This document shows, one piece after another, positions 9,029-18,521 of a stretch of DNA of 64,000 bases. The notes beneath the pieces were generated by a model. The model was not told the origin of the DNA, did no database searches, and saw only the letters and a program-made list of their open reading frames with translations. Every line of letters starts with the position of its first letter. The stretch's first letter is position 1. Both the position numbers and the translations under genes were made by a program. Source of the DNA: an uncultured Gemmatimonadales bacterium (lineage in GTDB: Bacteria; Gemmatimonadota; Gemmatimonadetes; Gemmatimonadales; GWC2-71-9); assembly GCA_963771275.1 (NCBI GenBank), contig CAVYSW010000003.1, forward strand, positions 1,632,001 to 1,696,000, in the 5' to 3' direction.

Positions 9029-12000
9029 TGGCTTCCCCCCTGCTTGGCCTCCTCCGGCAGCAGCGTCACCTGCACGTAGTTGTCGAGCCGGAGGTAGCGC
9101 CGCGCCGCGTCCCGGATGGTCGCGGCCGTGAGGCCGCCGATCAGCTGATCGGCGGTCAGGATGGTGCGCGGATCGACGCTCCAGCGCTGGGCCGCCACGA
9201 GCTGGCCGAGCCAGTAGGCGTTCTGCTTCAGGCTGGTCTCCCGCGTGCGCAGCTGGGTCTCCATGACTTTGTGCACGATGGAATCGGACGGGCCCGCGCT
9301 CTGGAACGCCCGCAGCGTCGTGAACGTGCTGTCCACCAGCTCGTCGATGCGGGCGGGATCGGCGCCGAACCCGATGGAGACGCTGTACGTCGTGTCGGGG
9401 GCAATCGCGCTCGAGCCGCTGACGCCCACCCCATACACGCCGCCCAGGTCCTCCCGGAGGACCTCCCGCAGCCGGATGCTCAGGGCGTCCGCCAAGGCGC
9501 GCAGCGCGTAGCGGGCCTCCCGGCTGTCCTGGAACGGCCCGGTGAAGACGAGCTGCGTCCGCGCCTTGGGCTCCACCCCCTTGTGGACGACCTTGCGGAC
9601 GATCCCTGCGGGCGGCGGGATGTTGAGGTCGCGCCACGTCTCGTGCCGCCGGATCGACGGCAGGCCGCCGAGGTACTCCTCGACCAGCGGCCGGATGGCG
9701 GCGAGATCGATGTTGCCCACGAAGTAGAACGTGAAGTCGCTCGCGTCGGCGAACCGGTCGCGGTAGAACGCCATGGCGCTGCCGAGATCCACTTCCTGCA
9801 CGACGGCCGGCGTGAGGGGGCGCTCCCGGGGATTGCCCTGGGCGAGCGTCACCTGCAGCGTATCCTGGAAGTTCGCCTCCGGACTCGCCCCGCGGTTGGC
9901 CACGAACGCGAGCAGCCGCTGACGCAGCGACCCGAATGCGGCGCTGTCCAGTCGGGGTGCGGTCACGTACAGGTACGCCAGCTGGAACAGCGTCTCGATG
10001 TCCTTGGGGGAGGCGCTGCCGCGCAGCCCCTCCTCGGTGTCGTCGATCGAGGGGCCGACCCGGACGGCCTTGCCCGCCAGCACCTTCTGCAGGTCGACGG
10101 CGCTGAACGTCCCGACGCCCGACACGCCCACGATGCTGGACGCCAGCTCCGCCGACATGTACCGGTCGTCGGGGATCAGCGACGTGCCGCCGGGGCTCAC
10201 GGCCTGCATCAGCACCTCGTCGTCCTTGAAGTCGGTCGGCTTGAGCACGACCCGAACACCGTTGGCCAGCGTCCACTCGGTCACCCCGAGCTCCGGGATG
10301 GTCCGCTCCGCGACGATCGAGGAAGGCGTCGGCGCCACCGGCACCAGCGGCGCCTGCCCCAGGGTATCGGCGTAGGCCGCGATCTGCTTTCCCGCCACCT
10401 GGCCGAACACCGTGCTCAGCTCCGCCTCCGTGGGGACCGGCACGGCCGGCTTCTCGGGCGCGCTCACCAGCACCACCCGGTTCGCCGGGGTGATCCACGC
10501 GCGCGCGATACGGTTGACGTCGTCGAGCGTGATGCCCGGCAGGAACTCCCGCGCGAGAGCCAGCTCGGTCGTGATCCCCGGGATCGGTTCCTGCTCCAGG
10601 AAGTTGCGCCCGTACTCGTCGGCGTAGGTGCCCGATTCCGTCTTGGCGCGCTCGGCATAGGCCTGCTCCAGGCCGCGCAGCCTGCGCGCCTTCTCGCGCT
10701 CGAGCTCGGCGGGGGTGAACCCGAACCGCGCGACCCGCTCCGCCTCGGTGAGCAGCGCGTCGAGGCCCCGCACGGTGCCGCCGTCGCGCACCGCGGCTCC
10801 GAGCGAGAACACCTCTTTGGCGCCGATGAAGCGCCCCTGGCCCGCGCCCGCGCCGAGGACCGGCGGATCGGCCTTCTGGGACAGCTCGAAGAACCGGGCG
10901 TTCAGCATCGCGCTGAACAAGTCCTCGACGATGCCCTGCCGGTAGGCGCCAACCGTGGAGTGGTCCCGGAGGGCCTGCTTGTACAGCACGCTCACGCTGG
11001 TGTTGGTGGCCTCCTTGTCGCTCGCGATGGCGAACAGCGGCTCCGCGTGATCGGGCACGTCGATCGTCGGCCGCGGCCGCTCCGGCGACGGATTGCGCAG
11101 CGGCGCAAACCGCTCCCGGATCAGGGCTTCGATGGCCTTGGGATCGAAGTCCCCCACCGCGATCACCGCCATCATGTCGGGCCGGTACCAGTCCCGATAG
11201 AACCGCTTCAGCACCTCATGGCGGAACGTCCGGAGGATGTCGGGCTTCCCGATCGGCAGGCGCTCGGCGTATTTCGACCCCTGGAAGATGACCGGCAGCT
11301 GCTTGTCCAGCATGCGGGAGCCCGCTCCGCGTCCCAGACGCCACTCCTCGATGATGACGCCGCGCTCCTTGTCGGTCTCGACCGAATCGAACGTCACGCC
11401 GTCGGCCCAGTCCTCGAGGATCTGGAACGCCGTCTGCACGACGGACGCCGTGTCGGTCGGGATCTGCAGCATGTACACCGTCTCGTCGAAGCTCGTGTAG
11501 GCATTCACCTCCGGCCCGAACTTCATGCCGACCGACTCCAGGTAGTTCACCAGCTGCTGCTTCGCGAAGTGCCGGGTGCCGTTGAACGCCATGTGCTCGA
11601 CGAAGTGGGCCAGACCCTGCTGGTCATCGTCCTCGAGCACGGAGCCGGCGTGGACCACGAGCCGGAGCTCCGCACGGTGCTCGGGCTTGGCATTGGCGCG
11701 CACGTAGTAGCGCAGGCCGTTCGGCAACGTGCCGACGGTGACCTGCGAGTCCACCGGCAGCGGCTGGGCCGGCCGGTCCTGGGCGCCGAGCGCGGCGGGC
11801 AGGCCGAGCAGCAGCAGCACCGCGAGCGAGTGCTTGAAGCGGTCGAGATCGCGCCGCTGCTTCTTGGTGGGCCGGCCCTTGCCGTCGTAGAACGCGGTGG
11901 GCTGGGATCGCAGCTGGAGGGCCAGGGCCTCCCGGGCGCGCTTCGCCATCGGATCCTCCTCATACAGGGTGGCCGCGACCTTCGCGGGGCCGCGGTGCTC

Positions 12001-12213
12001 GGAGAGCAGCAACACCTTGAGCTTGTACTCGAACGGCCCGGCCCGGATCCGGATCCGGTCGCCGGTGTGCACATGCCGGGCGCGCTTCGCGCGCTCACCG
12101 TTCACGTCCACGCGGCCACCATCCAGCGCCGCCGCCGCGAGCGCGCGCGTCTTGAAGAAGCGCGCAGCCCAGAGCCATTTGTCGAGCCGGATCGGCGCGG
12201 CGTCGTCGGGCAA
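9025..12213 (-). CDS. In-frame fusion: Hsp15/S4 RNA-binding domain + signal-like linker + M16 (PqqL-like) zinc protease
   Basis: TTG start 8 nt after GAGGAG. N-terminal RLDKWLWAARFFKTR...GRPTKKQRRDL (Hsp15), then LAVLLLLGLPAALGA-QD, then GTLPNGLRYYV, GLAHFVEHMAFNGT (HxxEH), NAYTSFDETVY and LREDLGGVYG. No stop codon between the parts. Confidence 0.85.
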   Translation of the reverse strand: MPDDAAPIRLDKWLWAARFFKTRALAAAALDGGRVDVNGERAKRARHVHTGDRIRIRAGPFEYKLKVLLLSEHRGPAKVAATLYEEDPMAKRAREALALQLRSQPTAFYDGKGRPTKKQRRDLDRFKHSLAVLLLLGLPAALGAQDRPAQPLPVDSQVTVGTLPNGLRYYVRANAKPEHRAELRLVVHAGSVLEDDDQQGLAHFVEHMAFNGTRHFAKQQLVNYLESVGMKFGPEVNAYTSFDETVYMLQIPTDTASVVQTAFQILEDWADGVTFDSVETDKERGVIIEEWRLGRGAGSRMLDKQLPVIFQGSKYAERLPIGKPDILRTFRHEVLKRFYRDWYRPDMMAVIAVGDFDPKAIEALIRERFAPLRNPSPERPRPTIDVPDHAEPLFAIASDKEATNTSVSVLYKQALRDHSTVGAYRQGIVEDLFSAMLNARFFELSQKADPPVLGAGAGQGRFIGAKEVFSLGAAVRDGGTVRGLDALLTEAERVARFGFTPAELEREKARRLRGLEQAYAERAKTESGTYADEYGRNFLEQEPIPGITTELALAREFLPGITLDDVNRIARAWITPANRVVLVSAPEKPAVPVPTEAELSTVFGQVAGKQIAAYADTLGQAPLVPVAPTPSSIVAERTIPELGVTEWTLANGVRVVLKPTDFKDDEVLMQAVSPGGTSLIPDDRYMSAELASSIVGVSGVGTFSAVDLQKVLAGKAVRVGPSIDDTEEGLRGSASPKDIETLFQLAYLYVTAPRLDSAAFGSLRQRLLAFVANRGASPEANFQDTLQVTLAQGNPRERPLTPAVVQEVDLGSAMAFYRDRFADASDFTFYFVGNIDLAAIRPLVEEYLGGLPSIRRHETWRDLNIPPPAGIVRKVVHKGVEPKARTQLVFTGPFQDSREARYALRALADALSIRLREVLREDLGGVYGVGVSGSSAIAPDTTYSVSIGFGADPARIDELVDSTFTTLRAFQSAGPSDSIVHKVMETQLRTRETSLKQNAYWLGQLVAAQRWSVDPRTILTADQLIGGLTAATIRDAARRYLRLDNYVQVTLLPEEAKQGGSQ
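11833..12213 (-). other. hslR: Hsp15 (heat shock protein 15, S4 domain) portion of the fusion
   Basis: RLDKWLWAARFFKTRALA..A..GGRV.VNG, RGPA..AATLYEE and GRPTKKQRR are hallmark Hsp15 motifs. Confidence 0.88.
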
Positions 12214-12318
12214 TGCCGGCACTCCTCGCGTACTGGGGTCGAGACGTCCTCGCCACCGCCTAAGGTCGCGTGGCCCGGCGCCGTCCGCAACCGGGGACCG
12301 CGCGGTAAGTTCCCCGCC

Positions 12319-13176
12319 ATGACCGTCGCCTTGGCAACCTGCGCCGCCCTGCCGGGCCTCGCGAGCGACGACCGGAGTCTCCTCGGCGCGTTGCGGGCGC
12401 TGGGGGTGGCGGCGGAGCCCGCCGTGTGGGAGGACCAGCTCTACGACTGGGCCGGCCTCCGCCTGTGCGTCATTCGGTCCGCGTGGGACTACGCGTATCG
12501 GCGGCCGGCGTTCGTGGCGTGGAGCCGGCGCGTCGCCGCGGTCACGACCCTGTGGAACCCGGCCCCGATCGTCGAGTGGAACACGCACAAGCGCTACCTC
12601 GTGGACCTGGCGGCTCGTGGCGTCCCCGCCGTTCCGACGATCGTGCTCCCGGCCGGCTCCGCCCCGCGGCTGTCGGAGGTCGTGGCCGGCCGGGGGTGGG
12701 ACGCGGTGATCCTCAAGGCGGCCGTCGCCCAGACCGGCCGGCACCTGCTGCGGGTCGACTCCACGGAGCGGCCCCGCGGCCAGGCGCACCTCGATCGCCT
12801 GCTGCCCCACGAAGACCTGCTGGTGCAGCCATTCCTGCCCCGCGTGACCGACGCGGGGGAGGTTTCGCTCGTGTTCATCGACGGCGCGTTCTCGCACGCG
12901 GTCCGAAAGCGTCCCGCCGCGGGGGATTTCCGGGTGCACGACGATTACGGCGGGAGTGTCGCCGCCGTCGAGCCGGCGTCGGCCGAGCGCGCGGTCGCGG
13001 AGGCCGCCATCGCCGCCGCCGGGACGCCGCTGCTGTACGCCCGCGTCGACCTCGTGCCGGGGCCCGCCGGACCGGTCGTCATGGAGCTGGAGCTGGTGGA
13101 GCCGGACCTGTTCCTGGGCTACGCGCCCGGCGCCGCAGAGCGGCTGGCGCGGGCGATCGTGGCGCGGCTGGGCTGA
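12319..13176 (+). CDS. ATP-grasp fold protein (RimK/glutathione synthetase-like)
   Basis: IRSAWDY, WNTHKRYL.DL, LVQPFL...GEVSLVF, YARVDL, VMELELVEPDLFL. Real start is ATG 12319 inside ORF 9271..13176. Confidence 0.85.
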   Translation: MTVALATCAALPGLASDDRSLLGALRALGVAAEPAVWEDQLYDWAGLRLCVIRSAWDYAYRRPAFVAWSRRVAAVTTLWNPAPIVEWNTHKRYLVDLAARGVPAVPTIVLPAGSAPRLSEVVAGRGWDAVILKAAVAQTGRHLLRVDSTERPRGQAHLDRLLPHEDLLVQPFLPRVTDAGEVSLVFIDGAFSHAVRKRPAAGDFRVHDDYGGSVAAVEPASAERAVAEAAIAAAGTPLLYARVDLVPGPAGPVVMELELVEPDLFLGYAPGAAERLARAIVARLG

Positions 13177-13198
13177 GGGGGCGCCGCCGGCGCGGCGA

Positions 13199-13819
13199 CT
13201 ACGCCGACACCACCGGGTTCCGCAGCACCCCGACCCCGGGGATCTCCACCTCCACCAGGTCGCCGGCGACGAGTGGGCCCACGCCTTCCGGCGTCCCGGT
13301 CGCCACCAGGTCGCCGGGCTCGAGCGTCATCACGTGCGAGATGTAGGCGAGCAGCTGCGGCACGGCGAAGATCATGTCCGCCGCCCGGCCACGTTGCCGC
13401 TCCTGGCCGTTGACGCGCCCGATCACCTCGAGCGTCGAGAGGTCGAAATCGTCGGGGACCGTCCGGGGCAGACCGACCGGGCAGAACGTGTCGAACCCCT
13501 TGGCGCGTGTCCACTGCCCGTCGGGCTTCTGGAGGTCGCGCGCGGTGACGTCGTTGAGGCAGGCGATGCCAGCCACGGCGCGCCGGGCCGTCGCCTCGTC
13601 CGCCCGGCACAGCCGCGCCCCGAGCACGATGCCGATTTCCGCCTCGTGCTCCACCTGCCGCGACGCGGCCGGCAGCACGATCGGCTCCCCGTCGCCGATC
13701 ACGGCGGAGGGCGGCTTGAGGAACAGCAGCGGGCGCTCCGGCACCGGATTGCCCAGCTCGCGCGCGTGCGCCGCGTAGTTCCGCCCCACACAGACGATCT
13801 TCCCCGGTCGTAACGCCAT
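13199..13819 (-). CDS. Fumarylacetoacetate hydrolase family protein
   Basis: KIVCVGRNYAAHARE, FLKP, EHEAE, NDVTARD, KGFDTF, ATGTPEGVG. Confidence 0.93.
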   Translation of the reverse strand: MALRPGKIVCVGRNYAAHARELGNPVPERPLLFLKPPSAVIGDGEPIVLPAASRQVEHEAEIGIVLGARLCRADEATARRAVAGIACLNDVTARDLQKPDGQWTRAKGFDTFCPVGLPRTVPDDFDLSTLEVIGRVNGQERQRGRAADMIFAVPQLLAYISHVMTLEPGDLVATGTPEGVGPLVAGDLVEVEIPGVGVLRNPVVSA

Positions 13820-13911
13820 GCCGCCTCCGTGTGGGCACAAAGATACCCGCCTCGCTGTTGGAGGTGGAAAGCCTGCGTATGTTTGAATGCCTGTGAGGAG
13901 GAGGGATCCCC

Positions 13912-14541
13912 GTGAGGCGGCTCGTGATCGCTCTGGCGCTCGTGACCGCGGCATGCGCCGCGCGCCCCGACGCGCGGTCGAGCGCCGGCGACGACAACCC
14001 GCTCGGCCTGCGCGGTCGGGTGCTGGCCGAGCCGCTCGCCAAGCCGGCGTTCGTGCTGACGGATACCGGTCATCGCCCGTTCGACTTCCGGCGCCAGACC
14101 GACGGCTACCTCACCCTGCTGTTCTTCGGTTACACGTACTGCCCGGACGTCTGCCCGGTGCACATGGCGAACCTCGGCGCGGTGATCGCCCAGCTCGCGC
14201 CCTCCCTGGCGGATCGGATCCGCGTGGTCTTCGTCACGACCGATCCGGCGCGCGATACGCCGGAGCGGCTGCGGCAGTGGCTCGACAACTTCGACCGGCG
14301 GTTCATCGGCCTGACGGGCGATACGGCGCAGATCGCGGCCGCCGAGCGCGCGGTGGGGCTGCCGGCCGCGGAGATCGGGCCGCGCGACAGCACGGGCGCG
14401 TACGAAGTCGGACACTCCGCCGTGGTGGTCGCGTTCACCCCCGACAACCTGGCCCACGTGCTCTACCCGTTTGGCATCCGCCAGGCGGACTGGGCCAATG
14501 ACCTTCCCAAGCTCCTCACGATCGCATGGCCCGGATCCTGA
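13912..14541 (+). CDS. SCO1/SenC copper chaperone lipoprotein
   Basis: GTG start after GAGGAG; lipobox TAAC; FFGYTYCPDVCP (CxxxC); DPARDT; conserved His in VGHS. Confidence 0.93.
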   Translation: MRRLVIALALVTAACAARPDARSSAGDDNPLGLRGRVLAEPLAKPAFVLTDTGHRPFDFRRQTDGYLTLLFFGYTYCPDVCPVHMANLGAVIAQLAPSLADRIRVVFVTTDPARDTPERLRQWLDNFDRRFIGLTGDTAQIAAAERAVGLPAAEIGPRDSTGAYEVGHSAVVVAFTPDNLAHVLYPFGIRQADWANDLPKLLTIAWPGS

Positions 14542-15017
14542 TCGTTCCACTCGCCGTGGGGGTGGCCGTGGCGGCCGCGGCGTGCCGCCGGGCGCCGGAG
14601 GGAAGAGCGGGAGAGCGGGACGGAGCCCTCACGATCGCGGACGCCTATGCGGCGGAGCCCGTGAGCGATGAGGCGGCGGTGGTCTACCTCACCATCCGGA
14701 ACGGCACGAGCGCCGCCGACACCCTGGTAGCTGCGGCGACCCCGATCGCGGCGACCGCCGGGGTCCACCACCAGATGGCCATGGGCGCGATGACCCACAT
14801 GGAACCCGCCGGGCCCGTCCCAGTGCCGGCCGGTGGGGAGCTGCGGCTCGAGCCGGGCGGGACGCACCTCATGCTGGAGCGGCTGACGGCGCGGCCGCGG
14901 GTCGGGGACACGATTGACGTGACGCTCACATTCAGCCGCGCCGGCCCGATCCGCGTGCGTGTTCCGGTGATCGCGTATGCCGAGGTCACCGACCGGGCGG
15001 CGCACCCGGTCCATTAG
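14526..15017 (+). CDS. Copper chaperone PCu(A)C
   Basis: Lipobox AAAC; AVVYLTIRN, H-x..M..M, LEPGGTHLML; overlaps the SCO gene. Confidence 0.92.
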   Translation: MARILIVPLAVGVAVAAAACRRAPEGRAGERDGALTIADAYAAEPVSDEAAVVYLTIRNGTSAADTLVAAATPIAATAGVHHQMAMGAMTHMEPAGPVPVPAGGELRLEPGGTHLMLERLTARPRVGDTIDVTLTFSRAGPIRVRVPVIAYAEVTDRAAHPVH

Positions 15018-15020
15018 ACG

Positions 15021-15860
15021 ATGACCTGGTGGTGCGCGGCGCGGGGTCTCCCCTGGACCTGGGAGTGGCAGGCCTTCCCCGGCGTGTGGCTGTTCGTCGC
15101 GTCGCTCGGCGCGACCTACGTCTGGGCCCTGCGGCGGCTGCCACCGGCCCGGTTCGCCGGCGACGACCGGCCGACCACCCGGCGAGAGATCGCGCTGTTC
15201 CTCCTCGGGTTGCTCGCGTTGTGGGTCGCGGCCGACTGGCCGGTGGGGCTGCTCGCGGCGGGGTACCTGTTGAGTGCCCGGACCGTCCAGTATCTGCTGT
15301 TCGTTCTCGTGGCGCCGCCCCTCATGCTGCTCGGCATGCCGCGATGGCTGCTGCGCCGCTTGACGCGGCCGCGCGCCGCGTTCCGCCTCGCGCGGGTCCT
15401 GACCCGACCGCTGGTCCCGCTCGTGATCTACAACGTCGTCCTGGTGGCGATGCACCTGCCGCCGGTCGTCGAGAGCGTCAGCGGCTCCCAGCTGGCCTCG
15501 TTTGGCCTCGACACGGTGGCGATCCTCTCTGGATTCGTCTTCTGGTGGCCGGCGCTCGCCCGGCTGCCCGAGCTTACGCCGATGGGCTACCCCGGCCGGA
15601 TCGGCTACCTGTTGCTCAGCGTGTTCGTGCCCACCGTGCCCGCGGCGTTCTTTACCTACTCACGGTACCCCATCTACGGCCTTTACGAGCTCGCGCCCCG
15701 TGTCGGCCATCTCGGAGCGGCGCTCGACCAGCAGCTGGCCGGGCTGATGATGAAGACGGTGGGCGGCGCAATCCTGTTCACCACGATGTCCGTGATGTTC
15801 TTCCGTTGGCACCGCACGGAGGCGGCGGCGGAACCGGCCGGCCCCGCCGCGCCGGCCTGA
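15021..15860 (+). CDS. ctaG: Cytochrome c oxidase assembly factor, Caa3_CtaG family (degenerate)
   Basis: Multi-TM; APPLMLLG, MHLP, FWWP, DQQLAGLMMK; clustered with SCO and PCuAC. Confidence 0.8.
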   Translation: MTWWCAARGLPWTWEWQAFPGVWLFVASLGATYVWALRRLPPARFAGDDRPTTRREIALFLLGLLALWVAADWPVGLLAAGYLLSARTVQYLLFVLVAPPLMLLGMPRWLLRRLTRPRAAFRLARVLTRPLVPLVIYNVVLVAMHLPPVVESVSGSQLASFGLDTVAILSGFVFWWPALARLPELTPMGYPGRIGYLLLSVFVPTVPAAFFTYSRYPIYGLYELAPRVGHLGAALDQQLAGLMMKTVGGAILFTTMSVMFFRWHRTEAAAEPAGPAAPA

Positions 15861-15983
15861 CGGCCCCGAGCAGGTCACACTCGAGGGTGGGGACACGGGT
15901 GGGCGACCTCCCTGGCGGAGCCGCCCGGCGGGGGTTATTAGGGAAAGGCCACGCGCTCCGGACCCGAAAGGCGGCCGACCCCG

Positions 15984-17174
15984 GTGCCGTCCACCCCCAG
16001 CGCCCGCGTCCCCGCGGCGGTTCGTGCGAGGGCGCGGCGAGCCGTTTTGCCGGCGCCGGCCCTTGCCCTGCTCGCCGTCCTCGGTGGCGGTTGCGATGAC
16101 GGCGTGGAGGTCGAGGCCCGTGAGGTCAGCGTGCGCGCCGGCCAGGACATCTCGCTCCTGCTGCGCGTTCCCCCCGCACCCGCCCAGGCGAATCCCGCGG
16201 CCGCCGCGCTGAACGCACCCGGACACAGCGACGTCGTGGTGCGGCTCGCCGGCACGCAGACGGGCAGTCGCAAGCTCGTTGTCGACGAGGGGTCGGCCAA
16301 GGTGCGGCTGCAGGCGCCCGGCGCGACGGCAACCGGGGCCGCGGCGTCCCCCACGTTCGCGCGCGCACCGGGCGAGCGACCGCTCGTCGCGGTCTTCCGG
16401 CGATCCGGCGGTGGCTCCGGATGCCGTGACTATGAGGCCCTCGCGTTCGTCGATCGGTTCCCGCTCGCTGCAGGCGACGTCTGCCTTGACGGGGCGGCGG
16501 CGTTCGGTGCAGATCGCAAGGCCGAGCCGCTGACGGCGTCCGCCTGGGCCACCGCGGCCACCGCTAACGCGGTCGTGCCACCGGTCGTGATTCAGGTGCG
16601 GATCGTCGGCGGCGACAGCCGATCGGAGGCCTGGTGGGCGCTCGCGCGGCGCCAGTTGGGGGTGAATCGGATCGGCGCAGACCTCGCTGCCGTGCCGGAC
16701 GGCGAAAGCCTTCCCGGTGACGTGTCGGAGTCCGCCGTGGCCGGGTGCGCGTCACTTGACCATGACTGGCGACCCAGGGCGCCCGCCGTCATCACCATCG
16801 CGTTCGTGCGGGAGCTGACGGCCGGCAGCGGTATGTCGGAAATCGGTGGGGAGTGGTGTGCGGGAGACTCGGTCGCGATCGTGAGCCTGAACAAGGGTCT
16901 TCCCGAGACGCTGCTGCATGAGCTGGGCCACGCCTTGGGGTTGTGCCACCCGGGTGATGGGGTCGATGGACGCGTCACGAACCTGATGTACGACCTGCCG
17001 GACCTTGATCAACCGGCCCCCCGGCGCTGGCTCACCGTCGGGCAGGCCTATCGCGCCAATTTCAGCCCCTCGTCGATGTTGCGGGCTGTGCGCGATGGGG
17101 TGTCGCCCGACCCGGTGCGGTGTCGCTGCGATCTGTGCCCGAGCGACGCCCTCGACCTCCGGAGAGGGAAGTAG
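15984..17174 (+). CDS. Putative metzincin zinc-metalloprotease lipoprotein
   Basis: Hydrophobic segment ending GGGC (possible lipobox); HELGHALGLCH (HExxHxxGxxH) followed by an NLM Met-turn; Cys-rich C-terminus. Start codon uncertain. Confidence 0.7.
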   Translation: MPSTPSARVPAAVRARARRAVLPAPALALLAVLGGGCDDGVEVEAREVSVRAGQDISLLLRVPPAPAQANPAAAALNAPGHSDVVVRLAGTQTGSRKLVVDEGSAKVRLQAPGATATGAAASPTFARAPGERPLVAVFRRSGGGSGCRDYEALAFVDRFPLAAGDVCLDGAAAFGADRKAEPLTASAWATAATANAVVPPVVIQVRIVGGDSRSEAWWALARRQLGVNRIGADLAAVPDGESLPGDVSESAVAGCASLDHDWRPRAPAVITIAFVRELTAGSGMSEIGGEWCAGDSVAIVSLNKGLPETLLHELGHALGLCHPGDGVDGRVTNLMYDLPDLDQPAPRRWLTVGQAYRANFSPSSMLRAVRDGVSPDPVRCRCDLCPSDALDLRRGK

Positions 17175-17177
17175 CCG

Positions 17178-18521
17178 ATGCTGGGCAAGCTGCTGGCGCT
17201 GCTGGCGGTGCTCCTGGTGGCTGGCGCCATCGCGCTGGCCATCGTCCTCCCGCGCCGCGCCCGGTCGGCCGCCGTCCACGCCTGGCTGGTGTGCGGCGAC
17301 TGCCAGGAGGACGAGCTCGCGCGCGTGCTCCGGTACGGCGGCAAGGTCGTGGATCCGCTGCGCGATGCGCTGCTCGACGGGCCGTCGCCGGCGCGCCGGC
17401 GAGCGATCGCGGCGCAGAGCGCCCAGGCCTACGTGGGCCGGTCCCCTGCGCAGGTCGGCGAGAACGTCGCGCACGACGTGGCCAACTACGTCGCCCTCTA
17501 CCAGGTGCGGGCGATTCACGCCCTGGCGGCCCTGGCGGACAGCGGCATCGCGAGCGCGGCCGCCGCACTGACGGCGTGTTGGGACAGCACCCAGGCGGGG
17601 CGTCGCACGTACCGGCCGGACGTGTGGCGCCGTCTCGAAGTGGCCGCGACGCTGGCGGGCGCCGGACCACTGGGACGCGGAGGCTCCTCCGACACGGCGG
17701 CGTTCGGGCAGACCGTCACGGTGCCGCGAACGGCGCCGCCGGCCTGGGGTCCGGCGACTGCTCTCTCCCTGGTCGGATCGCCGTTCGCGGACGACCTGGT
17801 TGTGTTCCGATCGCCCGACACGCTCCGCTTCCTCGCGATCGGGTGGGTCGGGCGACAGCTCGTCCGCATCGTGCCGGCGCCCCGGGCCACTCCCGAGTGG
17901 CGAGCGCTGTCCATCGGCCGCATGCGGTATCGGATGCGCACGCCGGCGGACGCCGAGACCATCGCCTTGCGCGACAGTGCGCCCCGGTTCGCCGCGCTGA
18001 GGCGGGGCACGGACTTTCATCGCGTCGCGTCCGGACACGGGGCGACCACGCTGGCGGACCTCGACTGGTCGGGAGCCGGCTCGGTGTGGCCGGAATGGCG
18101 GTCTTGCGCCCAGCCCGATTCTCTGGAGCGGTGGGGATCGCCTTCGGCCACGCGGGTCCTCGGGCGCGTCCTGTCCGCCGGAACGCCGCTGGGGAGGGCC
18201 ACGGTGGCGGTGGTAGGAACTGCGCTCAGCGCGATGACCGACTCGCTTGGGCGGTTCGCCCTCACCGTGCCGTTCACTGGGCCCAACGCAGTGGCTCTCG
18301 CCGTCAGCGCCGTGGGTCATGAGACCCTGAGGTTCCGGGCGCACGTCGGCGTGGGGGACGGCTACGAGGCGCGTCTCGCCCGCACGGGGCGGCCTGACGT
18401 CGCCGGCGTGACCCTGCCGAGCGGGCCGCTGGTCACGTGCGTGTTCCTCGCGGCCCGCGTGGATTCCACCCCGGCCGGCGCCGAGCCGGTCGTGGCCCGG
18501 CTTCGTCTGCGCTGGCCGTGA
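17178..18521 (+). CDS. Hypothetical membrane-anchored protein with CxxC motif and carboxypeptidase-regulatory-like beta domain
   Basis: N-terminal TM; WLVCGDCQEDEL; C-terminal VLGRV..AGTPLGRATVAV....AMTDSLGRFAL pattern. Confidence 0.65.
   Translation: MLGKLLALLAVLLVAGAIALAIVLPRRARSAAVHAWLVCGDCQEDELARVLRYGGKVVDPLRDALLDGPSPARRRAIAAQSAQAYVGRSPAQVGENVAHDVANYVALYQVRAIHALAALADSGIASAAAALTACWDSTQAGRRTYRPDVWRRLEVAATLAGAGPLGRGGSSDTAAFGQTVTVPRTAPPAWGPATALSLVGSPFADDLVVFRSPDTLRFLAIGWVGRQLVRIVPAPRATPEWRALSIGRMRYRMRTPADAETIALRDSAPRFAALRRGTDFHRVASGHGATTLADLDWSGAGSVWPEWRSCAQPDSLERWGSPSATRVLGRVLSAGTPLGRATVAVVGTALSAMTDSLGRFALTVPFTGPNAVALAVSAVGHETLRFRAHVGVGDGYEARLARTGRPDVAGVTLPSGPLVTCVFLAARVDSTPAGAEPVVARLRLRWP

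Noticed and set aside
9271..12318. N-terminal ~1000 aa of ORF 9271..13176 as a fusion to the ATP-grasp enzyme
   Set aside because: It is the antisense of the M16/Hsp15 gene; the real gene starts at ATG 12319.
12214..12939. N-terminal extension of ORF 9025..12939 upstream of Hsp15
   Set aside because: Mostly antisense to the ATP-grasp gene; a good SD with TTG defines the start at 12213.
15861..15983. Possible structured ncRNA or insertion boundary before the metalloprotease cassette
   Set aside because: Only short GC stems (CC-GAAA-GG); no recognisable RNA family, tRNA, direct repeat or integrase.
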